Notes: generated by a model not told the origin, from the sequence alone. DNA of 64,000 nucleotides from Candidatus Latescibacterota bacterium (GCA_965203175.1 OZ241867.1:4544001-4608000), one strand, 5' to 3'. Positions 30,777-40,801 are shown, numbered from the stretch's first letter. Made by a program: numbers and translations.

Positions 30777-31787
30777 CTACCCCACGCGATACTTCTCCAC
30801 AGCCTCCATATCCAGTTCAACGCCCAGCCCGGGCGCGTCCGGCACGGTGACGAAGCCATCGACCGGCGTTAAGGCTCCGCCGATTAGGTCGTTCTCGCGC
30901 GTGAAATGCAGGCTGTCGGAGGGGATCGTCGCATTGGGAATGGTCGCGTGGACATGCGTGCCATACGCCCCTGACACACCTAGTCCCAGCCCCACGACCT
31001 GCAACCAAACCGGCATCCCGGCCGCCGCGGCCATTCCGGCGCAGATCTGCGCGCGCTCGACATTGCCACCTAGATTGAAGCAATCAGCCGCCTCGGCGCG
31101 GATCGCGCTCAGTACCATCTGCGGATCGCCTAAATGAGGGGCGAGCCGGATGCGGGTGTGGCGGCGGAAATCGCGGTACTGATGCCAGCCCGGCAAGTAC
31201 TGGAAAGGATCCTCAAACGCCTCGATGTTATACGGCTCCAATGACTCGGCCAGCCGCAGGCTCGTGCTCAAATCGCCAAAGGAGAAATTCGGATCGACGA
31301 TAATGCCGTAGTCCGGGCCAGCGGCTTTGGTCATCAGCTTGACGGTCTCGACGATGTTCCAAGGCCGTGCCTTGAGCTTGTGGGTTTTAAACCCCTGCTT
31401 GGCCCCCTCTTCGGCCATGGCGGCGAATTCACGCGGCTCCAACGGCGGCGACCACCAGCCCACCGGCACTTGGGCCCAGTGCTTGGACCCCATCAGCTTC
31501 CAGGCCGGCACCCCGAGGGCCTTGCCGACAATGTCGTACAGGGCCATGATCATCGCTCCGCCCTTGTCGCCCAAGTTGACCTGCATGGGATCGACGCCGG
31601 TCCACTCGGCCTCCAAGCTAGCCAACGAGCCACCACGCCCCCCTTCGCCCACTCCGTAGATGCCCTCGTCGGTATACACCTTAATCAGGCTGATGGGCTG
31701 TTCCAAGTAATGGCCGGGACGACTCTTTTCGATTGAGGGAATATGCGGCACTGCGGTGACAAACTCTTCGATCTGGGTGATTTTCAC
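30777..31787 (-). CDS. mandelate racemase/muconate lactonizing enzyme family
   Basis: MKITQIE, ALYDIVGKALGVP, KxK (KLK), DPN, EDP, PGLGVELD. Confidence 0.9.
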   Translation of the reverse strand: MKITQIEEFVTAVPHIPSIEKSRPGHYLEQPISLIKVYTDEGIYGVGEGGRGGSLASLEAEWTGVDPMQVNLGDKGGAMIMALYDIVGKALGVPAWKLMGSKHWAQVPVGWWSPPLEPREFAAMAEEGAKQGFKTHKLKARPWNIVETVKLMTKAAGPDYGIIVDPNFSFGDLSTSLRLAESLEPYNIEAFEDPFQYLPGWHQYRDFRRHTRIRLAPHLGDPQMVLSAIRAEAADCFNLGGNVERAQICAGMAAAAGMPVWLQVVGLGLGVSGAYGTHVHATIPNATIPSDSLHFTRENDLIGGALTPVDGFVTVPDAPGLGVELDMEAVEKYRVG

Positions 31788-31789
31788 GA

Positions 31790-32992
31790 TTACACCTCCC
31801 TTAGCCAGTCCTCGGGGATGTCGATCCCAAAGCCGGGGCCTTTGGGCAGACCAAGCAGGCCGTTTTGTGGCACGTTAGTCCCCGGCGGAACTTTGTAGTG
31901 TCGCTGCCCCGATTTTGAAGGCGTCCCGATGTAACACTCCGACAACGGCACCCCGGGCAGGGAGCCGATGAAAAATTCGATCAGTGGGGTATTGGGCATC
32001 GCCGCCGTCCAGTGTTGGCCATACGGGTCATTGCCTCCAGTGTGCAGGCACATCTGGACGCCTTGCGAATCAGCGTAGTAGGCCAGTTTCATCGCCTCGG
32101 TAAAGCCCCCTATCCAGTAGATATCGGCCTGGATCAAATCGACGAGCCGCTCCTGAACGGCCCTCATGCCTGGATGGCGAGTGGACCAGTGCTCGCCGTC
32201 GGCCAGCGTTTGCCAAGGCACGCGCTGGCGCAGGGCGCGGTGCCCCTCCCAGTCGTGAGGCATCAGCATTTCCTCCATCCAGCGCATCCGATACGGCTTG
32301 AGCGCCTCGCAGATGCGCACGGCAAAGTCGAGGTCAAAGGTCATCCAGCAATCGAGCATCAAGTCGGGATCCGGACCGATTAACTCGCGGCACTTGGCCA
32401 TCAGCTCAACCGTGCCGTCGATTCCGGCTTGGCCATCAACGGGTCCGTGCGGACGGGCCAGCTTGAACTTTTTGAAGCCCAACTCCAAGTACCAATCCAC
32501 ATCGTTGCCGGTGGCATAGACTTCCATCTGGGTGCGCTGCGGACCTCCAGCCAGCCGATAGACGGGCTCGTCGAGGGTTTTGCCCCACAAATCCCACAGC
32601 GCCAGATCGACCCCGGCGACTGCCCGCGCCGTAAGCCCTTCGTTGCCAAAGGAGAGCGTCCCTCGCCACATGCGATCGTTGCACCGGTCAATGGCCCCCA
32701 CCTCCTGCCCGACGACTAGAGGAGCTAGGCACTCGGCGATAATCGGCTGGGTCACATGGCCCGAATCCGTGCGACCCAAGCCAAAGGTGCCGTCCTCGGC
32801 GATGGCCTTAACCCATATCGCCCCACCCGGCTTGGGCATGAGCCGCTCCTCGGGCGCGAATTTATCCATCGGCGTGGCCTGCCCAGGTGCCCAAAGCCAC
32901 GTCTGCCCGCGCAGCGGGCGGGTGCCCTCCTCGCTCGGCGGCGGAGGCGACAATTCAAAGGTTTGGATGGCAACTATTTTCTTGGCGTACAT
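31790..32992 (-). CDS. L-rhamnonate dehydratase-like enolase superfamily enzyme
   Basis: VDLALWDLWGK, YATGND, LMLDCWM, WMEE, GEH, PGFGI. Confidence 0.85.
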   Translation of the reverse strand: MYAKKIVAIQTFELSPPPPSEEGTRPLRGQTWLWAPGQATPMDKFAPEERLMPKPGGAIWVKAIAEDGTFGLGRTDSGHVTQPIIAECLAPLVVGQEVGAIDRCNDRMWRGTLSFGNEGLTARAVAGVDLALWDLWGKTLDEPVYRLAGGPQRTQMEVYATGNDVDWYLELGFKKFKLARPHGPVDGQAGIDGTVELMAKCRELIGPDPDLMLDCWMTFDLDFAVRICEALKPYRMRWMEEMLMPHDWEGHRALRQRVPWQTLADGEHWSTRHPGMRAVQERLVDLIQADIYWIGGFTEAMKLAYYADSQGVQMCLHTGGNDPYGQHWTAAMPNTPLIEFFIGSLPGVPLSECYIGTPSKSGQRHYKVPPGTNVPQNGLLGLPKGPGFGIDIPEDWLREV

Positions 32993-33016
32993 AATGTTAT
33001 GTATAAAAAATAACAA

Positions 33017-33139
33017 TCAAAACGAAGTAACAATCAACGCTGCTGTCTGCAATCCCTCACCGGATGTTCCTGCGCCCGAGCGAACAACCGCTGCTAAGGG
33101 CACCGCGACGACGATCCGCTCTGCATCTACGACTTTCAC
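33017..33139 (-). pseudogene. truncated enolase-superfamily 5' fragment or short leader ORF (40 aa)
   Basis: AGGAGG then GTG: MKVVDAERIVVAVPLAAVVRSGAGTSGEGLQTAALIVTSF*; first 15 aa resemble the MR/MLE N-terminal strand. Confidence 0.5.
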
Positions 33140-33180
33140 GGCTTGCCTCCTGAAGTTAGGTTGATACGTTTATTTTATTC

Positions 33181-34209
33181 TCACAGTTCGAGTTGGCATC
33201 CTCGCGCAGCCGCATTGTATGCCGCCTCGACAAAGCGCATAGCCTGCCAAGCATCATCGCCATTGGTGATAAAAGTACCCTGCCCACGGCTAGCGGCGAC
33301 AAAGTCGGCGATAAAACCCAATCCGGCCGCCCCGCCGTACCCAGGTGCCTCGCCGACCGAGAGGTCGAATTGGCGGTACTCGTCCTCGGTCCAACCTTCG
33401 GCTTGGCTCTGGACGATGAGCCGGTCGCCGCGTCCTTCCCAATCTTGCATCACCCAAGTTGCATCCCCTGCAGTTCCCCTGAAACACAAGTAGATATCGC
33501 CGTAGCGGCGTGGTAGAACATAGCCAGCGTGGAGGCTACCCAGTGCGCCGTTGTCCATGCGAAACGAAGCGGCGAGCACGTCTTCGACGTCGATACCCGT
33601 GCCGCTCAGCGTTGCCTTGTGGGCGCTGACACCCTTGTACTCTAGGCCGCTGATATAACGAATCATATCGACCGTGTGAATCGCCAGCCAGTGCAATATT
33701 CCCCCGCCCGCCTGTGCGCGGTCAAAGAGCCAGTGCTCCGGATTGCGCTGCTGGACGGTGCTGGTGACCATCCGCCCCTCGATGGAGACGATGCGGCCCA
33801 GGACGCCGGCGGCGACGAGTTCGCGCGCTTTTCCGGCAATCGGATGACAGCGGTTCAAAAAGGCCGTCGCCCACAAGACCTGCTTTGCGGCGGCGATTTC
33901 GTTGAGACGAGCGATGTCAGCAGCTGTGCGCGCGACCGGTTTCTCGGCAATGACCGGTACACCAGCCTGCAAAAACTGCGCAATGCGGTCTGGCGCTTGA
34001 TCATTGCGCGTGCACACTATGGCTAATCCCAGCTTCTCGTCCGCCAATAGCGCGTCTAGGCTACCATACACCTGATCGACATCAGTGCATTCTTCGGCCG
34101 TATAAACGACTAATCGACCCACCGCCTCGCAGTGTTGTAGTGAGGTCAACCAACCTTTGCTGTGGGGATTGTCCAGCCCAACAAGGGCAGCACATACTTT
34201 ATCCGTCAT
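33181..34209 (-). CDS. Gfo/Idh/MocA family oxidoreductase
   Basis: AEKPVA, GGGILHWLAIHTVD, EDV; ATG 34209. Confidence 0.9.
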   Translation of the reverse strand: MTDKVCAALVGLDNPHSKGWLTSLQHCEAVGRLVVYTAEECTDVDQVYGSLDALLADEKLGLAIVCTRNDQAPDRIAQFLQAGVPVIAEKPVARTAADIARLNEIAAAKQVLWATAFLNRCHPIAGKARELVAAGVLGRIVSIEGRMVTSTVQQRNPEHWLFDRAQAGGGILHWLAIHTVDMIRYISGLEYKGVSAHKATLSGTGIDVEDVLAASFRMDNGALGSLHAGYVLPRRYGDIYLCFRGTAGDATWVMQDWEGRGDRLIVQSQAEGWTEDEYRQFDLSVGEAPGYGGAAGLGFIADFVAASRGQGTFITNGDDAWQAMRFVEAAYNAAARGCQLEL

Positions 34210-35185
34210 AGTAATCCAGCACCTTTCCCTCCCGCGCCGAGCGGTAGATGTTTTCCAACAGCGCCACCGTGCGGCGGCCCTCGCGGCCATCCACCCGCAG
34301 GGCGGTCCCGTTCTCTAGGGCCGAGACCACGTCCTCGACGACGTTGGCCAGCGGATTGTCCATGGCCAGCAGCTTCTCTTCCAATCCATCGCCAAAGACC
34401 CGCATCTCGCCCGACAGCACGGCGTCCAGCAACACCCCCCCTTCGCTGCCGTGTACCTCGGCGCTAAAATAGGGGCTTTCTGGGAAGGTCGTCGTGCCCA
34501 AGATCCCTCCCTTGGCCCCGCTTGCGAAATTCAAGATGGCCTGGCCAATATCCTCGGTCTCAATATCGTGGTTCATAATCGCCGTTTCGCCATAGACGGT
34601 TTTGGGTACGCCCATGAACCACAGCAGGAGATCGATCAAGTGCGACCCCTGATTGGCCAGCGATCCGCCCCCGTCCATGGCCCAAGTGCCGCGCCAGCCG
34701 CCGCTGTGTTCAAAGTACTCCTGCGAGCGAAACCACTTAAAGCGCACCTCGCCGAGAATGGGCTTGCCCAACAAGCCCTGCTTGAGGGCTTCGGCAACGC
34801 GGTAATTGTTATCGACGTAGCGGCTTTGGTAATCGACGCCGAGCAAGAGGCCCCCCGCGTCGGCTGCGGCGATCAGCTCGTCGCAGGCTTTGGTGCTGAC
34901 GTCCATGGGTTTGGTGGTGATTACGTGCTTGCCGGCTTTGAGCGCCTCAACGCCGATGGACGCGTGCAGCCCACTCGGGGTCATCACCAATACGACATCC
35001 ACATTGCTCCTCCCCAAGGCATCTTCGAGGGCCGTACACCACGCGCAGCCCATTTCCTCACCCACTTGGCGGGCCAAGTCTTCGTTGAGATCGACGACCA
35101 CGCGCAGCTCGGTTCCTTCGGTCTCGACCACTTGCCGAGCGCGATTGCGCCCCATGCCCAGTCCTACAACGGCAAATCCGATCAT
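34199..35185 (-). CDS. Gfo/Idh/MocA family oxidoreductase
   Basis: AVVGLGMG, TPSGLH, TKPM, WRGTW..DGGGSL.NQGSH.ID. Confidence 0.92.
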   Translation of the reverse strand: MIGFAVVGLGMGRNRARQVVETEGTELRVVVDLNEDLARQVGEEMGCAWCTALEDALGRSNVDVVLVMTPSGLHASIGVEALKAGKHVITTKPMDVSTKACDELIAAADAGGLLLGVDYQSRYVDNNYRVAEALKQGLLGKPILGEVRFKWFRSQEYFEHSGGWRGTWAMDGGGSLANQGSHLIDLLLWFMGVPKTVYGETAIMNHDIETEDIGQAILNFASGAKGGILGTTTFPESPYFSAEVHGSEGGVLLDAVLSGEMRVFGDGLEEKLLAMDNPLANVVEDVVSALENGTALRVDGREGRRTVALLENIYRSAREGKVLDYYDG

Positions 35186-35241
35186 TTCCCTAGCTCCTCT
35201 CTAATTGGTCGGCTGAATAATAGACGGGAGCACCGTAACCG

Positions 35242-36846
35242 TCAATTTTCCACCACATGTAGTCGCTGGTTGGCAGCCAAGTCTTCGAGCACTTGCACCC
35301 CCCCGGCCGGCCAGTGAATCTCCAGTCGCTCGATGCGCTTGGCTGTTCCCAAGCCGAACAAGGGATCGCGTTGACTGGTCGAGAGGAAACCCGATCCCGC
35401 CTTTACTTCCCTGAGCTGCCGCCGACCACCGGCCCATAGATACAGTCGGGCGCCGATGCCGTCGCGATTGCTCTGCCGGCCCTCCAGCGCGACCGAGAGA
35501 TAGTTACCTCGAGGACCGTCGTTGCGCAGCAGGGCGAAGCGGCGGCCGTTGTTAACGAGGGCAATGTCCAAGTCGCCATCTTGGTCAATGTCCCCGAAGG
35601 AGGAGCCGCGCACCACGTAGAAGGCGGAGAAAGCCGGGCCGCTCTCAGCGGTCACTTCGCGGAAGACGCCCCTGCCCCCATTGCGAAAAAGCTGTGCCTG
35701 TTGTGCGTAAGTCACCAATTCGTCGTACTGTTCAATGTTGTCGTGGACGTGGCCGTTGCCCACGAACAGGTCGAGGTACCCGTCGTTGTCCGGGTCGAAA
35801 AACCCCGTGCCAAAACCAAGGTAGTTCAGGCTGAGGTCTCCGAGGCCAGCCTTGAAGCTGATCTCAGAGTAAAACGAGCCGTCGTTGCGATACAGCCCGT
35901 TGTTTTCCAACTGATAGTTGGTGACGAACAGGTCGAGGTCGCCGTCTTGGTCTATGTCGCCAGCATCGACGCCCATGCCCGCTTGGCTAGCCCCGTCTGC
36001 GCTCAGCGCGGTTCCGACCAGCAAACCGGTCTCGGCAAAAGCACCGTCGCCTTGGTTGACGTAGTGGAAATTGGGCGTCAAGTCGTTGGCCACGTACAGA
36101 TCCGGGTCGCCGTCCCCATCATAGTCACCAGCTACCGCACCTAACCCATTGCCCTCGCCCGTGATACCCGCTTGGCGGCTGACCTCGGAAAAGACGCCGT
36201 GGCCCTCATTGCGATAGAGAATATCCACAGTGGGCTCAAAGACCCTCGGGTCGCAATAGAAGCGCAGCCCCATGTCCCCTCGTCCACACCAAGGCTGCTC
36301 CCCCAAGACAAAGCGGACGTATTGCGCAGCGAAGAGGTCGAGGTCGCCGTCGAGATCGTAGTCGAATGCAACGGCGCTGGTGGTCCATCCCGCGTGGCCG
36401 AGACCGGCTACGTCCGTCGCATCGACATAGCCGTCTCCTTCGCGCCGGTAGAACTGATCCGGCCCCCACGCCGTCAGGTAGAAATCCGGGTCGCCGTCCC
36501 CATCGTAGTCGGCCGCGGTCACCCCCATGCCATAGGAGGTGCCGGGCGCACCAGCTGCGCCGTCCATCCGCACAAAGACGCTCCCGTCGTTGCGAAAGAG
36601 CTGGTTAGAGGCTGCGCCCCGCCCCCGCTCCATGTCTCCGCTGTTGACCAAGTACAAGTCCCAATCTCCGTCATCGTCGTAGTCGAGAAAGGCACTGCCA
36701 GCACCATTAGTCTCAGGCAGATTCTTCTCGGCAGAAGCCCCGTTGTCGTGGACGAAATCGATGCCTAATTCACGGGCGACCTCGACGAAGTGGCTCTGCC
36801 CGTAGCTAGCTGCCGACAACAGGAGCACGAGAAGCAGAGCACTCAC
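35242..36846 (-). CDS. CRTAC1 family protein (FG-GAP/VCBS repeats + ASPIC/UnbV)
   Basis: Signal peptide; repeated DYDxDGDxDL motifs; SNRDGIGAR, FGLG, I.WPAG..Q. Confidence 0.92.
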   Translation of the reverse strand: MSALLLVLLLSAASYGQSHFVEVARELGIDFVHDNGASAEKNLPETNGAGSAFLDYDDDGDWDLYLVNSGDMERGRGAASNQLFRNDGSVFVRMDGAAGAPGTSYGMGVTAADYDGDGDPDFYLTAWGPDQFYRREGDGYVDATDVAGLGHAGWTTSAVAFDYDLDGDLDLFAAQYVRFVLGEQPWCGRGDMGLRFYCDPRVFEPTVDILYRNEGHGVFSEVSRQAGITGEGNGLGAVAGDYDGDGDPDLYVANDLTPNFHYVNQGDGAFAETGLLVGTALSADGASQAGMGVDAGDIDQDGDLDLFVTNYQLENNGLYRNDGSFYSEISFKAGLGDLSLNYLGFGTGFFDPDNDGYLDLFVGNGHVHDNIEQYDELVTYAQQAQLFRNGGRGVFREVTAESGPAFSAFYVVRGSSFGDIDQDGDLDIALVNNGRRFALLRNDGPRGNYLSVALEGRQSNRDGIGARLYLWAGGRRQLREVKAGSGFLSTSQRDPLFGLGTAKRIERLEIHWPAGGVQVLEDLAANQRLHVVEN

Positions 36847-36848
36847 TG

Positions 36849-37709
36849 CTATCCTCTGAGCAGCGGCTCAATATGGTCCTTGGCCCGCAACAAACCTTCC
36901 TGTTGCAACTCGGGCGTCTGCCAGAAGTAGTGGTCTTCGAGTTCCACCGAGAGCACGCCGTCGTACCCTGTGTCTTCGAGCCGGCGTATTACAAAGTTCC
37001 AATCCACTTCGCCTTCCCCGGGGATGGTATAGCGCCACCAGCCTTCGCCGCATACGTAGGTCGGACTGTATGCTTCGCCCAAATTGCCAGATTCGTAGAG
37101 CTTTTCCGGCATGATCTCGGTATCCTTGAGATGGACGTGCCGCACGCGGTCGCCAAACTCGTGCAAGAGCCGCTGATAGTCTATCTGCAAGCGCACAAAG
37201 TGGGAGGGATCGTAGCAGATGCCCAACCGTGGCGACGGGCACGCTGCAAAAATCAAGCGCAAGCTCTCGGGCGAGCAGCCCAGATTGGGGTAGTAGGGTC
37301 GGCCGCCCGGCCAAGGTTCGATGGCGATATTGACGCCTACCTTCTCGGCATGGGCCACGACCCGAGGGTAGACTTTGGCAAAGATCTCAAAGGTCTCAGC
37401 CTTGGACATGCTCGGATCGTCTGGGCCGAGCACGGTAAAGAGCGTGTGGCCGCCATGCCGAGCAATCGCGCTCAAACTCTTCTTGATCTCGCTCAATCCC
37501 TTGCGGCGCTTAGCTGCGTCGCGGGTGAGGACTTGGCCGCCGCCGTCCGAGGTGCCGAGAGCCAAGCCTAGTCGCTCGCAGGTGCGGGCAATCTGCCGGG
37601 TCAAAAGCGGGGTATCGACCGCGCCGAAACCGTTCTCGGCCAACCACGCGGCATAAGCGTCAAAACCGATTTGATGGGAAAACGGAGGCATGCGGGTGCC
37701 AATTCTCAT
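36849..37709 (-). CDS. sugar phosphate isomerase/epimerase
   Basis: IEPWP, YDPSH, HVHLKD, PGEGEVDW, SVELED. Confidence 0.9.
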   Translation of the reverse strand: MRIGTRMPPFSHQIGFDAYAAWLAENGFGAVDTPLLTRQIARTCERLGLALGTSDGGGQVLTRDAAKRRKGLSEIKKSLSAIARHGGHTLFTVLGPDDPSMSKAETFEIFAKVYPRVVAHAEKVGVNIAIEPWPGGRPYYPNLGCSPESLRLIFAACPSPRLGICYDPSHFVRLQIDYQRLLHEFGDRVRHVHLKDTEIMPEKLYESGNLGEAYSPTYVCGEGWWRYTIPGEGEVDWNFVIRRLEDTGYDGVLSVELEDHYFWQTPELQQEGLLRAKDHIEPLLRG

Positions 37710-37735
37710 GATATGTTCCCTTCTATTGGGTTGGA

Positions 37736-38890
37736 TTAAATGGGTATGCGGCGCTGCTTATCTGGATTGACCCACTGGGTTACTACCAGCGAGACCAGCG
37801 CCAAAAGCGCGCCGCTGATAAAAATGATCTCGTAGCCAAAAAAGAGCCAGACGTAGCCGCCGACTAAGGGTGCGGCCACCGCGGCTACGTGGTTCATGGT
37901 CACCCCCATGGAAAGCGTGGGTTTGAGTTCGTCTGGGGGCGCAATCTTGTGCGCGTAGGTAGTCAGCGCGATTCCACCGAAGAAGATGAGGTTGTCGAGG
38001 CAATAGAGCGCGTACAGGCTCGGCCGGTGTTCCACGATCGCATAACCCAAAAAGACGAAGACCAACACGCTATAACTTAGCGTGAGCATCCGCCGCTCGC
38101 CAAAGCGATCTACCAAGCGGCCCATCCACGCAGCCGTCAAGGTGATGAGCACTTGGTTGATCAGCACCAAGACCATGGTCGTCTCCACCGGCATCCCGTG
38201 TACTTTCACGAGGGCGAAAATGGCGAAGGTAATGAACATCTGCTTGCGCATGCCTTGGAGGAAATTCAGGGCGTAGAAGAGCAGATAGCGCCGCTTGAGC
38301 ACCAAGCGCTTTTCGCCTGCGGGCGCGTCCTTGTTATCGGCCCAAAACAGGGCCAAGCCGCCCATGGCCGTACACACTCCAGCTAAAATAAAGACCCCCT
38401 CGTAGCGCAAAAACTCCAGCCCCACCATGCACACGCCAATCGCCGCTAGCCAAGCCAAGCTGCTGATGCTGCGCAATTGTCCCAGCCAGCGGCCCTTGTC
38501 CGCAGTTGGGCCGTAAGTCAGACCCATGCTCTGCTCTAGCGGAAGCCAGCAGTGAAAACCCAAGCTCCACACCAGCGAGAACGAGGCCAACATGAAGACC
38601 GATGACACCTCTGAGTACGCGGCAAGCCCGATGCCCATCACCACCAGTGCAACCGCAGCAACTTTCGGCGGGGCCCAGCGGACGATCAGCGCCAGAAAGA
38701 ACGCGTTGAGAAAACCAGGGACTTCTCTCAGGGCCTCGACGTAGCCCAGTTCGTGCGGCTCGATGCCCAGCCGTTCGACGATAAAGTTGTTAAACAGGGT
38801 CAACTGCACCCCGAAAAACACCCCCGTCCCGGCCACAGCCACGGCCAAAAGTGCGAAGTTTTTATTCCACTCTGCGAAAGGATTGGCGAT
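37736..38890 (-). CDS. MFS transporter
   Basis: About 12 TMs, GRLVDRFGERR motif. Start uncertain: TTG 38848 or non-canonical ATC 38890. Confidence 0.88.
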   Translation of the reverse strand: MANPFAEWNKNFALLAVAVAGTGVFFGVQLTLFNNFIVERLGIEPHELGYVEALREVPGFLNAFFLALIVRWAPPKVAAVALVVMGIGLAAYSEVSSVFMLASFSLVWSLGFHCWLPLEQSMGLTYGPTADKGRWLGQLRSISSLAWLAAIGVCMVGLEFLRYEGVFILAGVCTAMGGLALFWADNKDAPAGEKRLVLKRRYLLFYALNFLQGMRKQMFITFAIFALVKVHGMPVETTMVLVLINQVLITLTAAWMGRLVDRFGERRMLTLSYSVLVFVFLGYAIVEHRPSLYALYCLDNLIFFGGIALTTYAHKIAPPDELKPTLSMGVTMNHVAAVAAPLVGGYVWLFFGYEIIFISGALLALVSLVVTQWVNPDKQRRIPI

Positions 38891-39027
38891 GACAGCCCCC
38901 CTTATTGATGTTGTAGTGAATTCAAGTGTGCTTTTCCCTCGCGGTCAACCGAGCCCTCTATTACTTGACGCACAGATAGACAGCCTTTAAGCTACCGGCC
39001 CCAACTAACGCAAAGGAGATTGTTACG

Positions 39028-39771
39028 ATGGCTGACGAACGAGTCTTTGTTGGCGACCTGACTCGCAGGGAATTCCGCGAGCGCATCCAAGCGGGTACAA
39101 TTAAGGCCGCCATAGTGCCCACCGCCGCAACCGAACAGCACAACGAACACCTGCATATGATCCACGACACCTTCCACGCCAGCTATATGGCCGAACACGC
39201 GGCCAAAAAGCTCCTGCCCCAAGTGGTAGTAGCCACGCCGGTGGGCATCGGCGTTTCCGAGCACTGGATGGAACACCTCGGCACCCTAACCGTACGGCCG
39301 GAAATTTTCTGCGAATATGTCTTTGACGTTTGCCATTCGCTCGTGCGGGCCGGCGTTGAGAACATATTGGTGCTCAACGGCCACGGCGGCAACGTCAAAC
39401 CCATGATGCGCCGCATTGACGAATACCGGGAAAAACTCGGCGTCAACCTCCGCTTCCAGTCCTATTGGGACGTATATGACCCCGACTACGTGCAGCAACA
39501 CATGGAGCGAGGACGCCTGCCTGGACACGCCGACGAATTCGAGACGTCAACTATGCTCTACCTAGCGCCGGAGCGCGTCCAGACCGAGGCCATCGACAAC
39601 CCGGCCGCCGCCTTGGGCACGCGCGCCAAGGGCGAGGCTTTAGTCGGACCAGCCGTGGACGGGGTCGCCGCGCTGTTGGAGCAAATGATCGCCGGCGAGG
39701 AAATCGATCTGCCGCCGGTGACCTTCTATCCAGAGGGCAAGCGCAACCTCGTCACCGGCGAGCCGGTTTGA
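39028..39771 (+). CDS. creatininase family protein
   Basis: TEQH..HL...D, GVSEHW, LNGHGGN, GHADEFETS. Confidence 0.92.
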   Translation: MADERVFVGDLTRREFRERIQAGTIKAAIVPTAATEQHNEHLHMIHDTFHASYMAEHAAKKLLPQVVVATPVGIGVSEHWMEHLGTLTVRPEIFCEYVFDVCHSLVRAGVENILVLNGHGGNVKPMMRRIDEYREKLGVNLRFQSYWDVYDPDYVQQHMERGRLPGHADEFETSTMLYLAPERVQTEAIDNPAAALGTRAKGEALVGPAVDGVAALLEQMIAGEEIDLPPVTFYPEGKRNLVTGEPV

Positions 39772-40801
39772 ACACAACTCCCAGCGCCTCGGCTGGCGAC
39801 TCGACGAGCACATCTACGGCCGCGGCGACCTCTTCGAGGGCAAATTCGTGCGTATAGAGCGGTTGGACGTACAGCTTCCCGGCAGCCATGGCGCGCAGGC
39901 ACTCGGCTAGGTTGCGCTGAGTCGGCCACTCGACGAAGACCTGGGGATATGCTTGGCCGCGCTCGTACGCTGAGTCGTGATAGCCGGGACCGGTGCGCGC
40001 CGCACTCCGCACATCCACGTTGCCCAGTGCGGATCCAAAGCCGTGCGCTACCTGTGCTCCTCCCACGAGGACAATGCGCCCCATGCGATGCGTATCCGGC
40101 GCTTGCTTTAGGCTCTGATAAATGGCAGCAAAGGCATTAGTGGCCTCGCCACCAAAGGCAACGACGCCGAAATCCATGCCATATCCTCGGGTAAACTCCC
40201 CGGCCTGCTCGACCACATCCTGCACGGTCGGATCGACGACGCACTCTATGCCTACCTGCTGGGCGATATCCCGACGCCGAGCAAAGCGATCGACCCCCAA
40301 GACGTGGCAGCCGCTTAGCTGGGCAAATTGGGCCGTGAATTGGCCGACCAAACCCAACCCGACGACGACCCCGTTTTCTCCGTATAAAGGAGCTGTGCGG
40401 CGCACTGCGTGTAATCCGGTCGCTGCCAGATGCACAGACGCGGCCTCGACAAAGCTAACGCCCTCGGGTATGGTCGCGCACAAATTCTGCGGCACACAGG
40501 CCCAATCAGAGTGAAGGGCGTACCCTCCTCCCATGCAGGCCACCCTCTGCCCTACCTCGAATTGCTCTACTCCATTTCCGACCTCCTCAACGACGCCGGC
40601 GTTGCTGTAGCCAAAAGGACGCGGTGGCCTGTCGGGTTGAGGATTTTCCCGCATGGCCCTCACTCGCCCTAGTTCGCTCCCAGGGCTAATCAACGAAGCC
40701 TCCACCTGCACCTTTACCTCTCCGGGGCCAAGTGCGGGCATGGTTTCCTCTAGGCATACCCCCTGACCGCGGCCATCAATAGCGGCGACTTTCCGCTGCA
40801 T
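39752..40801 (-). CDS. medium-chain (zinc-binding type) dehydrogenase family
   Basis: ISPGSE, FGYSNAGVVEEVG, VVGLGLVG; ATG 40801 after GGAGG. Confidence 0.88.
   Translation of the reverse strand: MQRKVAAIDGRGQGVCLEETMPALGPGEVKVQVEASLISPGSELGRVRAMRENPQPDRPPRPFGYSNAGVVEEVGNGVEQFEVGQRVACMGGGYALHSDWACVPQNLCATIPEGVSFVEAASVHLAATGLHAVRRTAPLYGENGVVVGLGLVGQFTAQFAQLSGCHVLGVDRFARRRDIAQQVGIECVVDPTVQDVVEQAGEFTRGYGMDFGVVAFGGEATNAFAAIYQSLKQAPDTHRMGRIVLVGGAQVAHGFGSALGNVDVRSAARTGPGYHDSAYERGQAYPQVFVEWPTQRNLAECLRAMAAGKLYVQPLYTHEFALEEVAAAVDVLVESPAEALGVVFKPARR

Noticed and set aside
34451-35317. Long antisense ORFs (also 25640..26347, 36873..37571, 44800..45858, 46931..47608)
   Set aside because: They mirror well-supported opposite-strand genes, which is expected in GC-rich DNA, and show no family motifs.
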